A stretch of DNA of 64,000 bases from Mobula hypostoma (lineage: Eukaryota), in the NCBI RefSeq assembly GCF_963921235.1, contig NC_086108.1:46502001-46566000 (forward strand), given 5' to 3'. The stretch's first letter is position 1. Every line of letters starts with the position of its first letter. Below, piece after piece: positions 1 through 12,630 of the stretch. The notes below the pieces were generated by a model. The model was given only the letters and a program-made list of their open reading frames with translations, was not told the origin of the DNA and made no database searches. Position numbers and translations under genes: made by a program.

Positions 1-2172
1 GAAGGGAACAATCACTCTATTGGGAACATTCTGGAGGCCCACCATTAGCAATTGAGAGGAGCAGATAAGTAGACAGATTTTAGAAAGGTTAATAACAAGA
101 AGATAGCTGCCATGGGTGGCTTCAACTTCCCTAAAATTGTTTGGCACCTCCTTAGTGAAAAAGGTTTCGATGGGGCAGAATTTCTTAAGTATATCCAGCA
201 AGGGTTCCTGGCAGAGTATGTGGATGAGCCGACTAGAGGAGAGGGCATACTGGATCTAATACAAGACAATTAGCCTGGTCAGGTGACAGATCTCTCAGTG
301 GGTGAGCATTTCAGAGATAGTGATCACAACTCCCTGACCTTTAGCATAGCCATGGATAAAGATAACGGTAGGTGGTACTGGGAATTATTTCATTGAGGGA
401 AGACTAATTGCAAGCATATTAGGCAGGAACATGAGAATGTAAATTGGGAGCAGATATTCTCATGGAAATGTGGAGGTTGTCTAATGAGCACTTGCTAGGA
501 TAGGATTGTCCCATTCCAAAAGGGTAACAACGGTAGGGTGAAGGAAGCATGGTTGACTGAAGAGGTGAAACATTTAGTTAAGAGAAAGAAGAAAACAAAA
601 GTCAGTTACAAGGTATCTAGGAAATATCTTAGGAGATTTCGAAGTGGATATGACAAGGCTTTGGCAAGTAGGATTAAGAAAATTCCAAAAGGCATTCTAT
701 ATGTATGAGAAGAACAGGAGGATGACTAGAATGAAGGTAGAAATGCTCAGGGATAAAGGCAGAAACACACTTGGAGTCAGAGGAGGTCCTTAGTGAACAC
801 TTGCTTCAGAGTTCACCAGAGAGAAGGACCCTGTCAAATATGCAGTCAGTGTAGAAGAGACTAAAGTTCTGGAGTGTGTTGAGGTTAAAAAAAGAGGCAG
901 TGTTGTAAAGCATTAGGATAGATAAATCCCTGGGGATGGATGGGAAAAGCCCTAGGTTACTAAGTGAAATAGGAGAAGAGATTGCTAGGGTGTTAATGAT
1001 CTTTGCATTCTGACTGGCCACAAAAAGATTGGAGGATGGCAAGCATTATCCTTTTGCTCAAGAAAGGTAACATGGATAATGCTAGGAATCATAGACCAAC
1101 GAGTCTTGCATCAGTGATAGTCAAACTGATGGAGAGGATTCTTACAGACATAACTTATAAGCATTTTGAGAAGCACAGTCTTATTAGGGATAATCGGCTT
1201 GGCTTTGTATGGTGTAGGTTGTGTCGCACAAGCCTTATTGACATTTTTGGGAAGGGATGAAGATGGACCACTGGGAGTAGTGCATATTGATTTGAGTAAG
1301 GCTCAAAGAAACTTAGCAGTGTGGATTTGGAATTTCATGCTCACAGAAAGCTGAGGGTAGTAGTAAAATAAGTGTAATCTGCCTGGATGTCCGTGGCCAA
1401 TGGTTTGCTGCAGAGATCTGTTCTGAGAACCCCATTCTTCAGGAATTATAAATAATATGGATGAGAAAGGGGAAGAGTGGATTAGTAAATCTGCAGATGA
1501 TACTGAGGTCGGTGTTGTAGTATATAGTGAAGAAGATTGTTGTCGTTTACAATGTGACATTGATAGGATGCAGAGCTGGGAAGAGAAGTGGCAGGTGGTG
1601 GTCAATCTGGAAAAATGTGAAGTGATATACTTTGGAAGAGTGAATGTGAATGCAGAGTACAAGATTTGAATGCAGACTACAAGAAAGCACTGAAGGAGGA
1701 GTCTGATAGGAGGGGACAGTAGACCATGGAAGAAAGGGAAAGTGGAGGGAGAACTTCCATTATTTTTAAACACCCTCCCCTACTCACTTACCTTATCCCT
1801 CACCTAGTTTCATCTAACACCTGCCAGCTTGCACCCTTTACCCTCTCCCCGCTTCTTATTCCGGCTTTTTCCACTTTCCTTTCTGATCATAATGAAGGTT
1901 CTTCTGCCCATAAAGTCAATTGTTTATTCCTCTCCATAGATGCTACTTGGAGTATCATGGTCAGTTCCAGTCACCTCACTACAGGAAGGATGTGAAGGTG
2001 CAGAGGAGATTTACTAGCAAGCTAGCTGGATTATAGATCATGTCTTATGAAGAAAGGTTGATCAAAGCTAGGGCTTTTCACTTTGGTATGAAGAATGATG
2101 AGAGGCAACTTGATAGAAGTGCGCAGTATATGGGAAAAGGCACAGATAGTGGCCAGACAGTACCTTTTTCAG
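1..2172 (+). mobile_element. Old, degraded CR1-type LINE, ORF2 (endonuclease-RT) remnant; runs in from the window edge
   Basis: Collinear with the younger CR1 at 4230-6450. Fragments include DNARNHRPTSLASVIVKLMERI, ISKSADDTEVGVVVYSEEDCCRLQCDIDRMQSW and VHIDLSKA. Many stops and deletions. Confidence 0.9.
1665..1950. mobile_element. Penelope-like 3' terminal fragments in opposite orientations, inserted in the old CR1
   Basis: 1690-1750 resembles 24001-24050. 1770-1950 is a C/T-rich tail ending ...tgtttattcctctccatagatgct, the same terminal motif seen at 23764-23870 and 24625-24735. Confidence 0.6.
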
Positions 2173-2427
2173 GGTATATATCTGAACCTTCTCTCCTAGA
2201 TAGCCCTTAATCCTGGGTTTTTCTTTCATTTGTGTGTATGTGTATATTGTGGAATAGGTTACAAAGTTGGCACAGCATTGTGGGCCAAGTGGACCTGTAC
2301 TGTACTGTCCTATGTATTGTACTCTGTACAGTTTTAATAAAGCAGATTAGCAATAGATATCTGACATTTGTTTTGATAATTAATAATAAATATTCAAAGT
2401 GAAAACTAGTGGAAATTAGCCCAGTAC

Positions 2428-2613
2428 CTTTACAGTTGGGAATGGGTGCTGTCCATTGTCCATTGGCTTCACACTGAAGCACTTCTGACCCCTGTAGCAG
2501 AAACCCTTCTGTGCAGTCAAAGGTGCACTTTGAGCTGTAATTGAAGTCTCCAAAGGGATGGGTGCAGTCTAACATCCCTCGTTCTGGCTGTGTTATTGTC
2601 TGGCAGGTTACAG
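2428..2613 (-). CDS. Selectin sushi/CCP exon 8 (AVTCQTITQPERGMLDCTHPFGDFNYSSKCTFDCTEGFLLQGSEVLQCEANGQWTAPIPNCK)
   Basis: 186 bp, phase 1-1, acceptor tttcag, donor AAG|gtactg. Six-Cys selectin-type CCP. Confidence 0.95.
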
Positions 2614-2646
2614 CTGAAATGCAATTTTGAATTTCACCATTCAATT

Positions 2647-5600
2647 TCTTCAGCAGTTTGATAGGGGCACAACTGTGCAAGCGCGAGTACATCAGCCAGG
2701 TAGAATACCAAGAAGAGTTTAAAAGGAGACAGCTTTATAGAGCGGGCATCCGAGGAGCAGGTGTCAGAGTAGAGGGAGTCAGAGTAGGAGGACTTTGGCT
2801 CAACGGGGCTTCGGCATTAACGGGTCAAAGCGAGGTAAGTTGCCTGTGTAGAATACAGACAGGAAGTATGTGTGAGAGGCTGATGTTCTGTGCTCGGTGT
2901 CAGATGTGTGAAGTTCGGGAGACTCCCAGCCTCTCGGACGGCCACATCTGCACCAGGTGCGTCGAACTGCAGCTCCTTAGGGACGGTGTTAGTGAACTGG
3001 AGATGCAGCTCGATGACCTTCGTCTGGTCAGGGAGAGTGAGGAGGTGATAGAGAGGAGCTATAGGCAGGTAGCCACTCTGGGGCCTCAGGAGACAGATAA
3101 GTGGGTAACAGTCAGGAGAGGGAAGGGCAGGAGTCAGATGCTAGACAGTACCCCTGTGGCTGTCCCCCTTAACAATAAGTACTCCTGCTTGAGTATAGTT
3201 GGGGACTCTGTAGTTATGGCCTACCTGGAGGAAGCAACAGTGGCCACGTTTCTGGCACAGAGTCTCGCCTGTGGCTCAGAAGGGTAGGGAAAGGAAGAGG
3301 ATGGCAGCAGTGATAGGGCACTCTATAGTTAGGGGGTCAGACAGGCAATTCTGTGGACGCAGGAAAGAAACACGTTTGGTAGTTTGCCTCCCAGGTGCCA
3401 GGATGTTTCTGATCATGTCCACGACATCCTGAAGTGGGAAGGAGAACAGCCAGAGGTTGTGGTACTTATTGGTACCAATGACATAAATAGGAAAAGGGAG
3501 GAGGTCCTGAAAGGAGGCTACAGGAGTTAGGAAGGAAGTTGAGAAGCAGGACCACAAAGGTAGTAATCTCAGAATTACTGCCTGTGCCACGTGACAGTGA
3601 GTATAGGAATAGAATGAGGTGGAGGATAAATGCGTGGCTGAGGGATTGGAGCAGGGGGCAGGGATTCAGATTTCTGGATTATTGGGACCTCTTTTGGGGC
3701 AGGAGTGACCTGTACAAAAAGGATGGGTTGCACTTGAATCCCGGGGGACCAATATCCTGACAAGGAGGTTTGCAAAGGCTATTGGGGAGAGCTTAAACTA
3801 GAATTGCTGGGGGGGTGGGAACCAAACTGAAGAGACGGAGGAAGAGGTGGTTGGCTCACAAATAGAGAAAGCTTGGAGACAGTGCGAGAGGGCGTATAGA
3901 CAGGTGATAGAGAAGGGGCGCGCTCAGACCGATGGTTTGAGATGTGTCTATTTTAATGCAAGGAGTATTATGAACAAAGTGGATGAGCTTAGAGCATGAA
4001 TCAGTACTTGGAGCTATGATGTTGTGGCCATTACAGAGATTTGGATGGCTCAGGGGCAGGAATGGTTACTTAGAGTGCCAAGCTTTAGATGTTTCAGAAA
4101 GGACAGGGATGGAGGCAAAAGAGGTGGGGGTGTGGTACTGCTGATCAGAGATCATGTCAAAGCTGCAGAAAAGGAGGCAGTCATGGAGGGATTATCTACG
4201 GAGTCTCTGTGGCTGGAAGTTAGGAACAGGAAGGGGTCTATAACTCTTCTGAGTGTTTTTTTTTCATAGACCACCCAATAGTAACAGGGACATTGAGGAG
4301 CAGATGGGGAGACAGATTCTGGAAAGGTGTAATAATAACAGGGTTGTTGTGGGGGGAGATTTTAATTTCCCAAATATCGATTGGCATCTCCCTAGAGTAA
4401 GGGGTTTAGATAGGGTGGAGTTTGTTAGGTGTGTTCAGAAAGGTTTCTTGACACAATCCGTAGATAAACCTACAAGAGGAGAGGCTGTACTTGATCCGTA
4501 TTGGGAAATGAACCTGGTCAGGTGTCGGATCTCTCAGTGGGAGAGCATTTTGGAGATAGTCATCACAATGCTATCTCCTTTACCATAGCTTTGGAGAGGG
4601 ATGGGAACAGACAAGCTAGGAAAGCGTTTAATTTCCCCTTACTCCAATATGAGGCTATCAGGCAGGAACTTGGAAGCATAAATTGGAAACAGATTTTCCT
4701 CAGGGAAATGTGCAGAAGAAATGTGGCAAATGCTCAGGGGATATTTGTGTGGAGTTCTGCATAAGTACATTCCAATGAGACAGGGAAAGGATGGTAGGGT
4801 ACAGGAACCATGGTGTACAAAGGCTGTTGTAAATTTAAAGAAGAAAAGAAGAGCTCACAAAAAGTTCAAAAAACTAGGTAATGATAGAGATCGGGAAGCT
4901 TATAAGGCTAGCAGGAAGGAGCTTAAGAATGAAATTAGGAGAAGCAGAAGGGGCCATAAGAACATCTTGGCAGGCAGGATTAAGGAAAACCCCAAGGCAT
5001 TCTACAAGTATGTGAAGAGCAAGAGGATAAGATGTGAGAAAATAGGACCAATCAAGTGTGACAGTGGAAAGTGTATATGGAACCGGAGGAGATAGCAGAG
5101 GTTTAATGAATACTTTGCTTCAGTATTCACTACAGAAAAGGATCTTGGCGATTGTAGGGATGACTTACAGTGGACTGAAAAGCTTGAGCATATAGATATT
5201 AAGGAATAGGATGGGCTGGAGCTTTTAGAAAGTATCAAGTTGGATAAGTCACCGGGACTGGATGAGATGTATCCCAGGGTACTGAGGGGGGCAAGGGAGG
5301 AGATTTCTGAGCCTCTGGCGATGATCTTTGCAGAGGATTGGACGTTTGTGGATGTTGTTCCCTTATTCAAGAAAGGGAGTAGAGATAGCCCAGGAAGTTA
5401 TAGACCAGTGAGTCTTACTTCAGTGGTTGGTAAGTTGATGGAGAAGATCCTGAGAGGCAGGATTTATGAACATTTGGAGAGGCATAATATGATTAGAAAT
5501 AGTCAGCATGGCTTTGTCAAAGGCAGGTTGTGCCTTACGAGCCTGACTGAATTTTTTGAGGATGTGACTAAACACGTTGATGAAGGTAGAGCAGTAGGTG

Positions 5601-6755
5601 TAGTGTATATGGATTTCAGCAAGGCATTTGATAAGGTACCCCATGAAAGACTTATTGAGAAAGTAAGGAAGTATGGGATCCAAGGAAACATTGCCTTGTA
5701 GATCCAGAAATGGCTTGCCCACAGAAGGCAACGAGTGGTTGTAGACTGGTCATATTCTGCATGGAGGTCAGTGACTCACACTCTTCGTGATTTTCATAAA
5801 TGACCTGGATGAGGAAGTGGAGGGACAGGTTTGTAAATTTGCTGATGACATAAAGGTTGGGGGTGTTGTGGATAGTGTGGAGGGATGTCAGAGGTTACAG
5901 CTGGACATTGATAGAATGCAAAACTGGGCTGAGAAGTGGCAGATGGAGTTCAACCCAGATAAGTGTGAAGTGGTTTATTTTGGTAGGTCAAATATGATGG
6001 CAGAATATAGTATTAATGGTAAGACTCTTGGCAGTGTGGAGGATCAGTGGGATGTTGGGGTCTGAGTCCATCGGACACTCAAAGCTACTGCACAGGTTGA
6101 CCGTGTGGTTAAGGCGGCATACAATGCATTGGCCTTCATCAATCATAGGATTGAGTTTAGGAGCCAAGAGGTAATGTTGCAGCTATATGGGGCCCTGGTC
6201 AGATCCCACTTGGAGTACTGTGCTCAGTTCTGGTTGCCTCACTACAGAAAAGATGTGGAAACCATAGAAAGGGTGCAGAGGAGATTTACAAGGATGTTGC
6301 CTGGATTGGGGAGCATGCCTTTATGAGAATAGGGTGAGTGGACTCAGCCTTTTCTCCTTGGAGCGACGGAGGATGAGAGGTGACCTGATAGAGGTGTACA
6401 AGATAATGAGAGGCATTGATCATGTGGATGGACAAAGACTTTTCCCAGGGCTGAAACGGCTAGCACGAGAGGTCACAGTTTTAAGGTGCTTGGAAGTAGG
6501 TACAGAGGAACTGTCAGGGGCAGGTTTTAAAAATATATGCAGAGTATGGTGAGTGCATGGAATGGATTGCCAGCGACGGTAGGGGAGGTGGATACGATAG
6601 GGTCTTTTAAGAGACTCCTGGATAGGTACATTGAGCTTAGAAAAATAGAAGGCTATGGGTAACCCTAGGCAATTTCTAAAGGTAAGGACATGTTAAGGCA
6701 TAGCTTTATGGGCCGAAGGGCCTGTATTAGCTGTAGGTTTTCAATGTTTCTATGT
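2647..6755 (+). mobile_element. Near full-length CR1 LINE, inactivated: 5' UTR, ORF1 (zinc finger/leucine zipper + SGNH esterase), ORF2 (APE endonuclease + RT)
   Basis: ORF1 from ATG 2868: CARCQM..HICTRCVELQLL, VIGHSIVRG, GTND, DGLHLN. ORF2: YFNARSI, GDFNFPNIDW, YRPVSLTSVVGK, MDFSKAFDKV, KFADD. Tail (tttcaatg/tttctatg). Candidate TSD ttcaatt at 2640-2646 and 6756-6762. Frameshifts and stops throughout. Confidence 0.95.
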
Positions 6756-6866
6756 TTCAATTGTGAGTCCACGGCATACTATTTTTAAGGGACAGGCATA
6801 AGTAACTATAGCTATAGAAATTGAAAGAAGTTTCACAAGCTTGCTTTGCTTTGATGAATACAATAC

Positions 6867-7052
6867 CTCTACATGTGGGTATTTCTGCTGTCCACTGTCC
6901 AGAATCTCTGCATTCAAGTCTGCGTGATCCCACTAACATGAACCCTTCTGCACAGCTGAAGTCACAAGACGAATTGTAACTGTAGTGATCGATGGGATGG
7001 GTGCAGTTATGGGATCCTCTGTCTGGATTTCTCAGCATATCACATTTCATGG
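6867..7052 (-). CDS. Selectin sushi/CCP exon 7 (AMKCDMLRNPDRGSHNCTHPIDHYSYNSSCDFSCAEGFMLVGSRRLECRDSGQWTAEIPTCR)
   Basis: 186 bp, acceptor tttcag, donor GAG|gtattg, phase 1-1. Confidence 0.95.
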
Positions 7053-7471
7053 CTGAAATATTAGTGATAGTATTCACATTGATTCTGTTAACATGCATGT
7101 AACCTAACTTTTCTTGATTTCTACACTCAAAATCACGCCACATTGTGGAAGTGACAGAAGGACAAATTTCTTAATATCAAGGGTTGAAAATAGATGGAAT
7201 TTATTTTCCTCAGAATGCTGGAGGATGATAATCAGTCCAGTGTGTTTATGGCTTCAATTGGTAGGTTTATGATCACGTGGGAATCGGATGTGGATTTTCA
7301 CTAGAATAATCACCCATGCTCTTATTACGTTCAATAGCTGTTCGTACTCTAGTTCTAATCAGAATTGCTTATGCAAAGTGTTCTTGGCCATAAATCAAAG
7401 CACTGAAGGTGCTCAGATGTTTCAGCCTGAGAAAATAGTGTATACATGTACTTTGTGACTAGAGACTTGGA

Positions 7472-9397
7472 CAGTGACGGCGCCAGAGATTTTTTTCTTG
7501 CTGGTGCTACAGGGGTGTGGGGGGGGGGTGGCTGAATTATTCAGTGATGGTGCTGAGGGATGCACTGTATGGTAATATGTATTCGCAAGGCCAGACATGA
7601 GGTGTTAAAGAGTCAGTTTCAAGTATTATGTGCCTGCTATAAATGCCTCTGTTGATTCACAAGCAACAGCAATTGACAGATCTAATATAGAAGTGAACTG
7701 TTACAGTGCCAACAGCATCAGAGACAACCTGGGCTACACGGAGCATCAACAAACCAACAGAGCATCTGAGCAACAGCGGACAACGTGAATCACGCACCAA
7801 TCCCGCAATCAGTGTCAAATGCATGCTTTTCAACTGACAGACACAAAACGAACCCACTGCTATTCGCATTACATACACAGCAATGCCAGAAGATACACCG
7901 TTATTAAAGTCAAATAAGGCAAACAACAGATGCAAGGCTTTACCAGGAGTTGGACAAATCGTACTCTGATCATGCAATACCTCAATTAATTCAGCTATTG
8001 AATTTAAAACAAAAATCAACAGAATCACTGCTTGGAAGTCTAAACGAAGTCAGTAGGCTTAATAGCCATATCAACCATATCTGACCATATCTGCCATAAT
8101 ACCCATAATTTCATTTTGGATATCGTGATGGGTGTTTTTTGCATTTCCAGGATCGTCCTCTATTTTTTTTTTAGCTACAGTCTTATCAAACTTTCCAATT
8201 ACACTGAGCAACTCAACAAAGTTTCCCCTATTGCCAGATCCATCATTCTCCCGGTGTCCTCGCTGGGCAATGCCTTGGCACGCAGTATAGCATAGAGACT
8301 CAACCACATCTCTCATATACTCATGATTTTCTTTGACAATCTTTGCATGTCCTTTATCAGCATATTTCCCAATCTTGAACCATTTTGTTTTCTCAATCTG
8401 AATTCGGCCCACGCCTCCATCGCAAACTTATGAGCTGCATTTACATGGTGGATTATGAAAGCTGTTGTAGCTTTCCGCCAGTTGCGGTAACCGGTGACAA
8501 TGGAGGTAGACTCAGAATGGAACCCATGTCCTCCACACAGGAAATGCCTGCATGCGAAGCAGAATGTAGCATCTTTCGTGATCGAGTATTCCAGCCAGGA
8601 GTACAGGTGAAACCAGCCACGAAAACTCCTTTGCTGATTGGCAAACTGTTGCGAAGGGTACTTTTTCCAGTGCTAGCCAACAGGGTCCTTCCTCAGGCTG
8701 CTGGCTAACATCACTAACAGTATTCCCAGTCGCACTAAGAGCAGCTTCATCCACGTTCTCTTCCGAATCCCGCTCCATTTCTTGTTCCTCTATTTCGCCC
8801 TCACACTTCTTCAATGAACTGCTGTTGTCCTCATCCCCACTTACTTCTTTCTGCAGGTCATTTTCAATTAAGACATGCTCAGGCTGAGACACCACTGATT
8901 CCTCTGGATGAGGTCGTTTTCTGACCAAAAATCAATCCATTTTTCACGCTGGCCAAAATAATGCACGTGCCAGGCCCACGCTGGCTTGTAAAAGCACTGT
9001 GTGTGTGTGGCATCCGTTAGTCTCGCGAGACCATGGATCTGCGCCTGGATGTATACTATCAATCTCTCGCGTGAGTGAGAGTGAGTGACATCACCACCTT
9101 AAGTGATCTTAGATCAGCTTAACTGATCTGAGGACAGCAACGGCAAGACATTGACAACGAACGAATAAGCAGAAGTGTCGAGTGGATCTGACAGAGTTTA
9201 TAACTTTATTGCTGCATGGGTGCTATGGTAATTGGGGGCGCTATTTCACTAGATCAGCTGGAGAAATAAGCTGTATTCAAAACTATACAGAGAAAGCAAA
9301 GCAGCTGCAGTTAATTTCTTGGTGGTGCTATGGTGGGGCTATTGCAATTTCTGCTGGGGCTATAGCCCCAGCTAGCACCACCTTAGTGCCGCCCCTG
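7472..9397 (-). mobile_element. hAT-superfamily DNA transposon, internally deleted (ZMYM1-like/TTF zinc finger transposase remnant)
   Basis: Perfect 8-bp TSD gacttgga (7464-7471 and 9398-9405). Imperfect TIRs cagtgacggcgcca / tagtgccgcccctg. Minus-strand remnants WFHLYSWLEYSITKDATFCFACRHF and QGIAQRGHRE..NRGNFVELL..HDIQNEIM. No catalytic core visible. Confidence 0.92.
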
Positions 9398-9702
9398 GAC
9401 TTGGAGCATTTTAATTAAAACTTTGGGGAAAAACATGACACATTATATTGCAGGTATTACTATCTTGCTAAGGTAAGGGTATTGTTGACTTGGTAAATTG
9501 CAAGGTATCAAGATCAGCAAATTCAATCTGCTGCTGCTTTTGCTTTGTTACTCAATGTGCAAAATATTAAGTGCAAAAGTTGTTTTTGGTGTATTGATAG
9601 CTTGATTTTTACCATCAGTGTGGTGTTAAAATTCTAACAGGGCCTTTCAATAGTTGAGATGGTAAAGAATCAACTTAACAAAGCACTACTAATAGATCTG
9701 CC

Positions 9703-9792
9703 AAATTCAAAGTTCAAAGTAAAATTTGTTATCGGAGTACATTCATGTCACTACATACAACCCAGAGATTCTTTCTTTCTGGGCATACTCAG
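9703..9792 (-). mobile_element. 3' tail of a Rex1/Babar-type LINE
   Basis: Approximate reverse complement of 10710-10793, including the (ctttgaa)n tail. Confidence 0.7.
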
Positions 9793-10394
9793 TGAAATCA
9801 TTGCATACACATTTACAAATGAACTGAATTATGGGGAGGGATGATAATCCTGGAGAATGTATTGCAGTTTAAGTACACTGCAACAGTGTGAACATTTGCC
9901 AACGATTCCCACGACAATATTAACTAGATCAAAATCTTTCCAAAAAGTAAAATTTCAAAATGCATTGAGTAATTTAAGAAATAAACATTGAAAAGTGCTG
10001 CTTACTTGGGATGAACAGATGACATTGTACTCAAATTTTCTAAAGCCTTCCACTACAAATAATTTCTCTGTCAACTAGTTGGTGAACAATTCAATTACAG
10101 TTTCTATATTATAAATGTCAATAAAGAATCTAATAATATTGTTGTTCTGCTTATATTTAACAACATGATTAATGCTGATTAAATGCCACCTATATTAACT
10201 CAACATCCTCTAATTACAGTTTAAAATAATGAAATTACACTAATCAAAAACAGAGATTCATATCTGCATCTACTTCTGCTAAATCCAGGCCATTTTGAAA
10301 ATACGGTCCTGTAATAATTGAACAATAGCTGCTGTTGATAGCTGAAGGGTAGTGAATTTAGCCCAGTATATCACGGATAAAGCTCTTCCAACCA

Positions 10395-10793
10395 TGGATC
10401 ACATCTAGTTTGTACATGAAACACCGTGGTAGAAAAGCAGCACCTATCAAAGATCCTCTCCACCCGGACCATGCTCTTTTCTCAATGTTGCTGACAGGTA
10501 GAAAGTACAGGTGCCTCAGGACTCACACCACCAGGTTCAAGGGCAATGACTGACCCTCAACCATCAGCTCCTCAAACAAAAGGAGATAGCCGCACTCATT
10601 CATGGACTCTGTTGTATTGTTATTTCATGCTCGCTATGTGTTGCTATTTATTTATATCTGCATTAGCACAGTTTGTTTACAGTTTACAGTTACTGTTCTA
10701 TTGCTTCTTATGTATGCCCACGGAAAAAGAATCTCAGGGTTGTACGAGGTAACATGTATGTACTCTGATAATGAATTTTACTTTGAACTTTGA
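10395..10793 (+). mobile_element. 5'-truncated Rex1/Babar-type LINE 3' end
   Basis: Remnant KAAPIKDPLHPDHALFSMLLTGRKYRCLRTHTTRF, followed by a 3' UTR and the tail ctttgaactttga. Confidence 0.75.
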
Positions 10794-11126
10794 ATTACTC
10801 CCTGACACAATAACCAGTGACAGTGACAGACTGGACCTTGACATCGAGACTCCAAATTAATAGTGCTTATCAAAAGATTTTAATTCACACTGACAATGTA
10901 AACAGAGCAACTTTCAATGTGCCTATACATTTACTTCCTGGAAACCAATTGCTGTGTGGCTCTACAAACATACTGATCAAATAATCAAACATTGAACTAA
11001 ATTACAAAGTACCACCTACAAACAACAGAGCATCTTCCAATTGCAAGACTATTTCTACGGCATGAAATACTTAAGGCAATTGTATAATCTCTAAAGGCAT
11101 AAATAAACCATTAAATTGAATGGTAC

Positions 11127-11312
11127 CTTCACAGGAGGGTATTTGTGGTGTCCATTGTCCAAAGGCTCCACACCGAATGGTTTCTGATCCATTTAATACA
11201 AAGCCCCTTTCACACTTGAAGTCACATGTTGCATGGTAAGAGAAAGGCCCAAGGGGATGGGAGCAGTTTATCCACCCTTGCTCAGGATCCTCCAGTGCTG
11301 TGCATTTTGCAA
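11127..11312 (-). CDS. Selectin sushi/CCP exon 6 (VAKCTALEDPEQGWINCSHPLGPFSYHATCDFKCERGFVLNGSETIRCGAFGQWTPQIPSCE)
   Basis: Not in the ORF track; translated by hand. 186 bp, acceptor tttcag, donor AAG|gtacca. Confidence 0.95.
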
Positions 11313-11660
11313 CTGAAATGATGATTTAGTGATATTTTGAAACAATTCAAATTTAATCTTACAGATTTTACTTCTATCCTAAAACACCTTGTGCAATTAT
11401 CAATGTCTCTGAAATAAAAATGGACCCATTTGTTCTAAATATTGATACTATGAAAGATAGCAACATTTATTATTTTTTTCCAAAAATAGTGACAAGGTTG
11501 ATTTAATTTAAATCGTTGCCAGTGCTGTTCAACACACAATTTGGTTTGAAATGTTATTATTTAGCATGTCTTCCATTTGACATACTCTATATTACAATAT
11601 AATGGAAAAGAGCTGCCAGATGAAATATTGGACAGTCAATCCAATAAACTATTTTTATAT

Positions 11661-11807
11661 AACAACAAACAACAGGAATTCTGCAGATGCTGGAAATTCA
11701 AGCAACACACATACAAGTTGCTGGTGAACACAGCAGGCCAGGCAGCACCTTTTCCTAGAGATGCTGCCTGGCTTGCTGCATTCACCAGCAACTTTTATGT
11801 CTGTTGC
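11661..11807. mobile_element. 147-bp fold-back insertion built from Penelope-type terminal sequence
   Basis: 46-bp inverted arms at 11702-11747 and 11762-11807. Perfect 14-bp direct repeat aactatttttatat at 11647-11660 and 11808-11821. Confidence 0.85.
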
Positions 11808-12309
11808 AACTATTTTTATATTGTCAGCAAATTTTACAGTGTTGCAGAATCATGTTTTAACCCTCCATTTAGGTTGGTGCCCCAATGAAGAGTACAGTCT
11901 CAAATTCAAGGGCTGAGACATTCTCAGTATAGGAAGGTGTAGTCTTTCTTATCTGCTTAGTCGCTTATTCATCATTTAGCTTTCCATGGGACCTTTACGT
12001 AGATCAGCATTACGTCTCTACAGAACCTACGTGACCAAAAACAATTAAGTGACTGCATTCAGGACTGATAAACATGTGATTATGAAAAGTATGAAACAAA
12101 TCCAAGGTTTTATATACTGGGTGTTCAAAAATACTAATACATTTAAAGCTATTGTTTTCACATTTTCTCTTCAGTTGTACATTAATTGTGGTTCTTAATC
12201 TGCAACTACAACTAGATTATAAATTGTAGAGTGACTAAGTATTAGTTAATCAGAAACAAAACATGCATGCAGTTATAAATCTGATAGTGACTGATTCAGA
12301 GGCAGGAAC

Positions 12310-12630
12310 TGTCAGGCCTGCACAGGCAAGCAGCTCCCAGTCTCCACCCAGCTAAAAGGAACCACCTGCCACTCGTTTCCAACTCATCACCTGCAGCCTA
12401 TTTAAACCCAGCTTCATCCACAGCACTTGTTCACTCTTCAAACCAGCCAGCCTCAACTAGTTGCTCCGAGTCTTCAGTAACCTTGTTGCCTGCAGTGTTT
12501 AATATATGTTCTCTCTGATGTTGTGGTCCTCGTGGCTTGTTATTTTTGCGGTCTATTATTAAAGTGACCTTCCATCGCTGATTGATCTTCGATGCCCTGC
12601 TTTTGGGTCAAGCCTCTACATTCCCTGACA
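12310..12630 (+). repeat. 5' LTR of the Gypsy element
   Basis: TG..CA ends, TATA-like tatttaaa, attaaa signal. Homologous to 19353-19572. Confidence 0.9.

Noticed and set aside
2207..2692. ORF-track extensions around sushi exons (also 6757-7143)
   Set aside because: Intronic read-through; splice sites define 186-bp exons.
2832..2858. Perfect donor GAG|gtaagt in the CR1 5' UTR
   Set aside because: The nearest acceptors would give an implausibly short intron; no other support.
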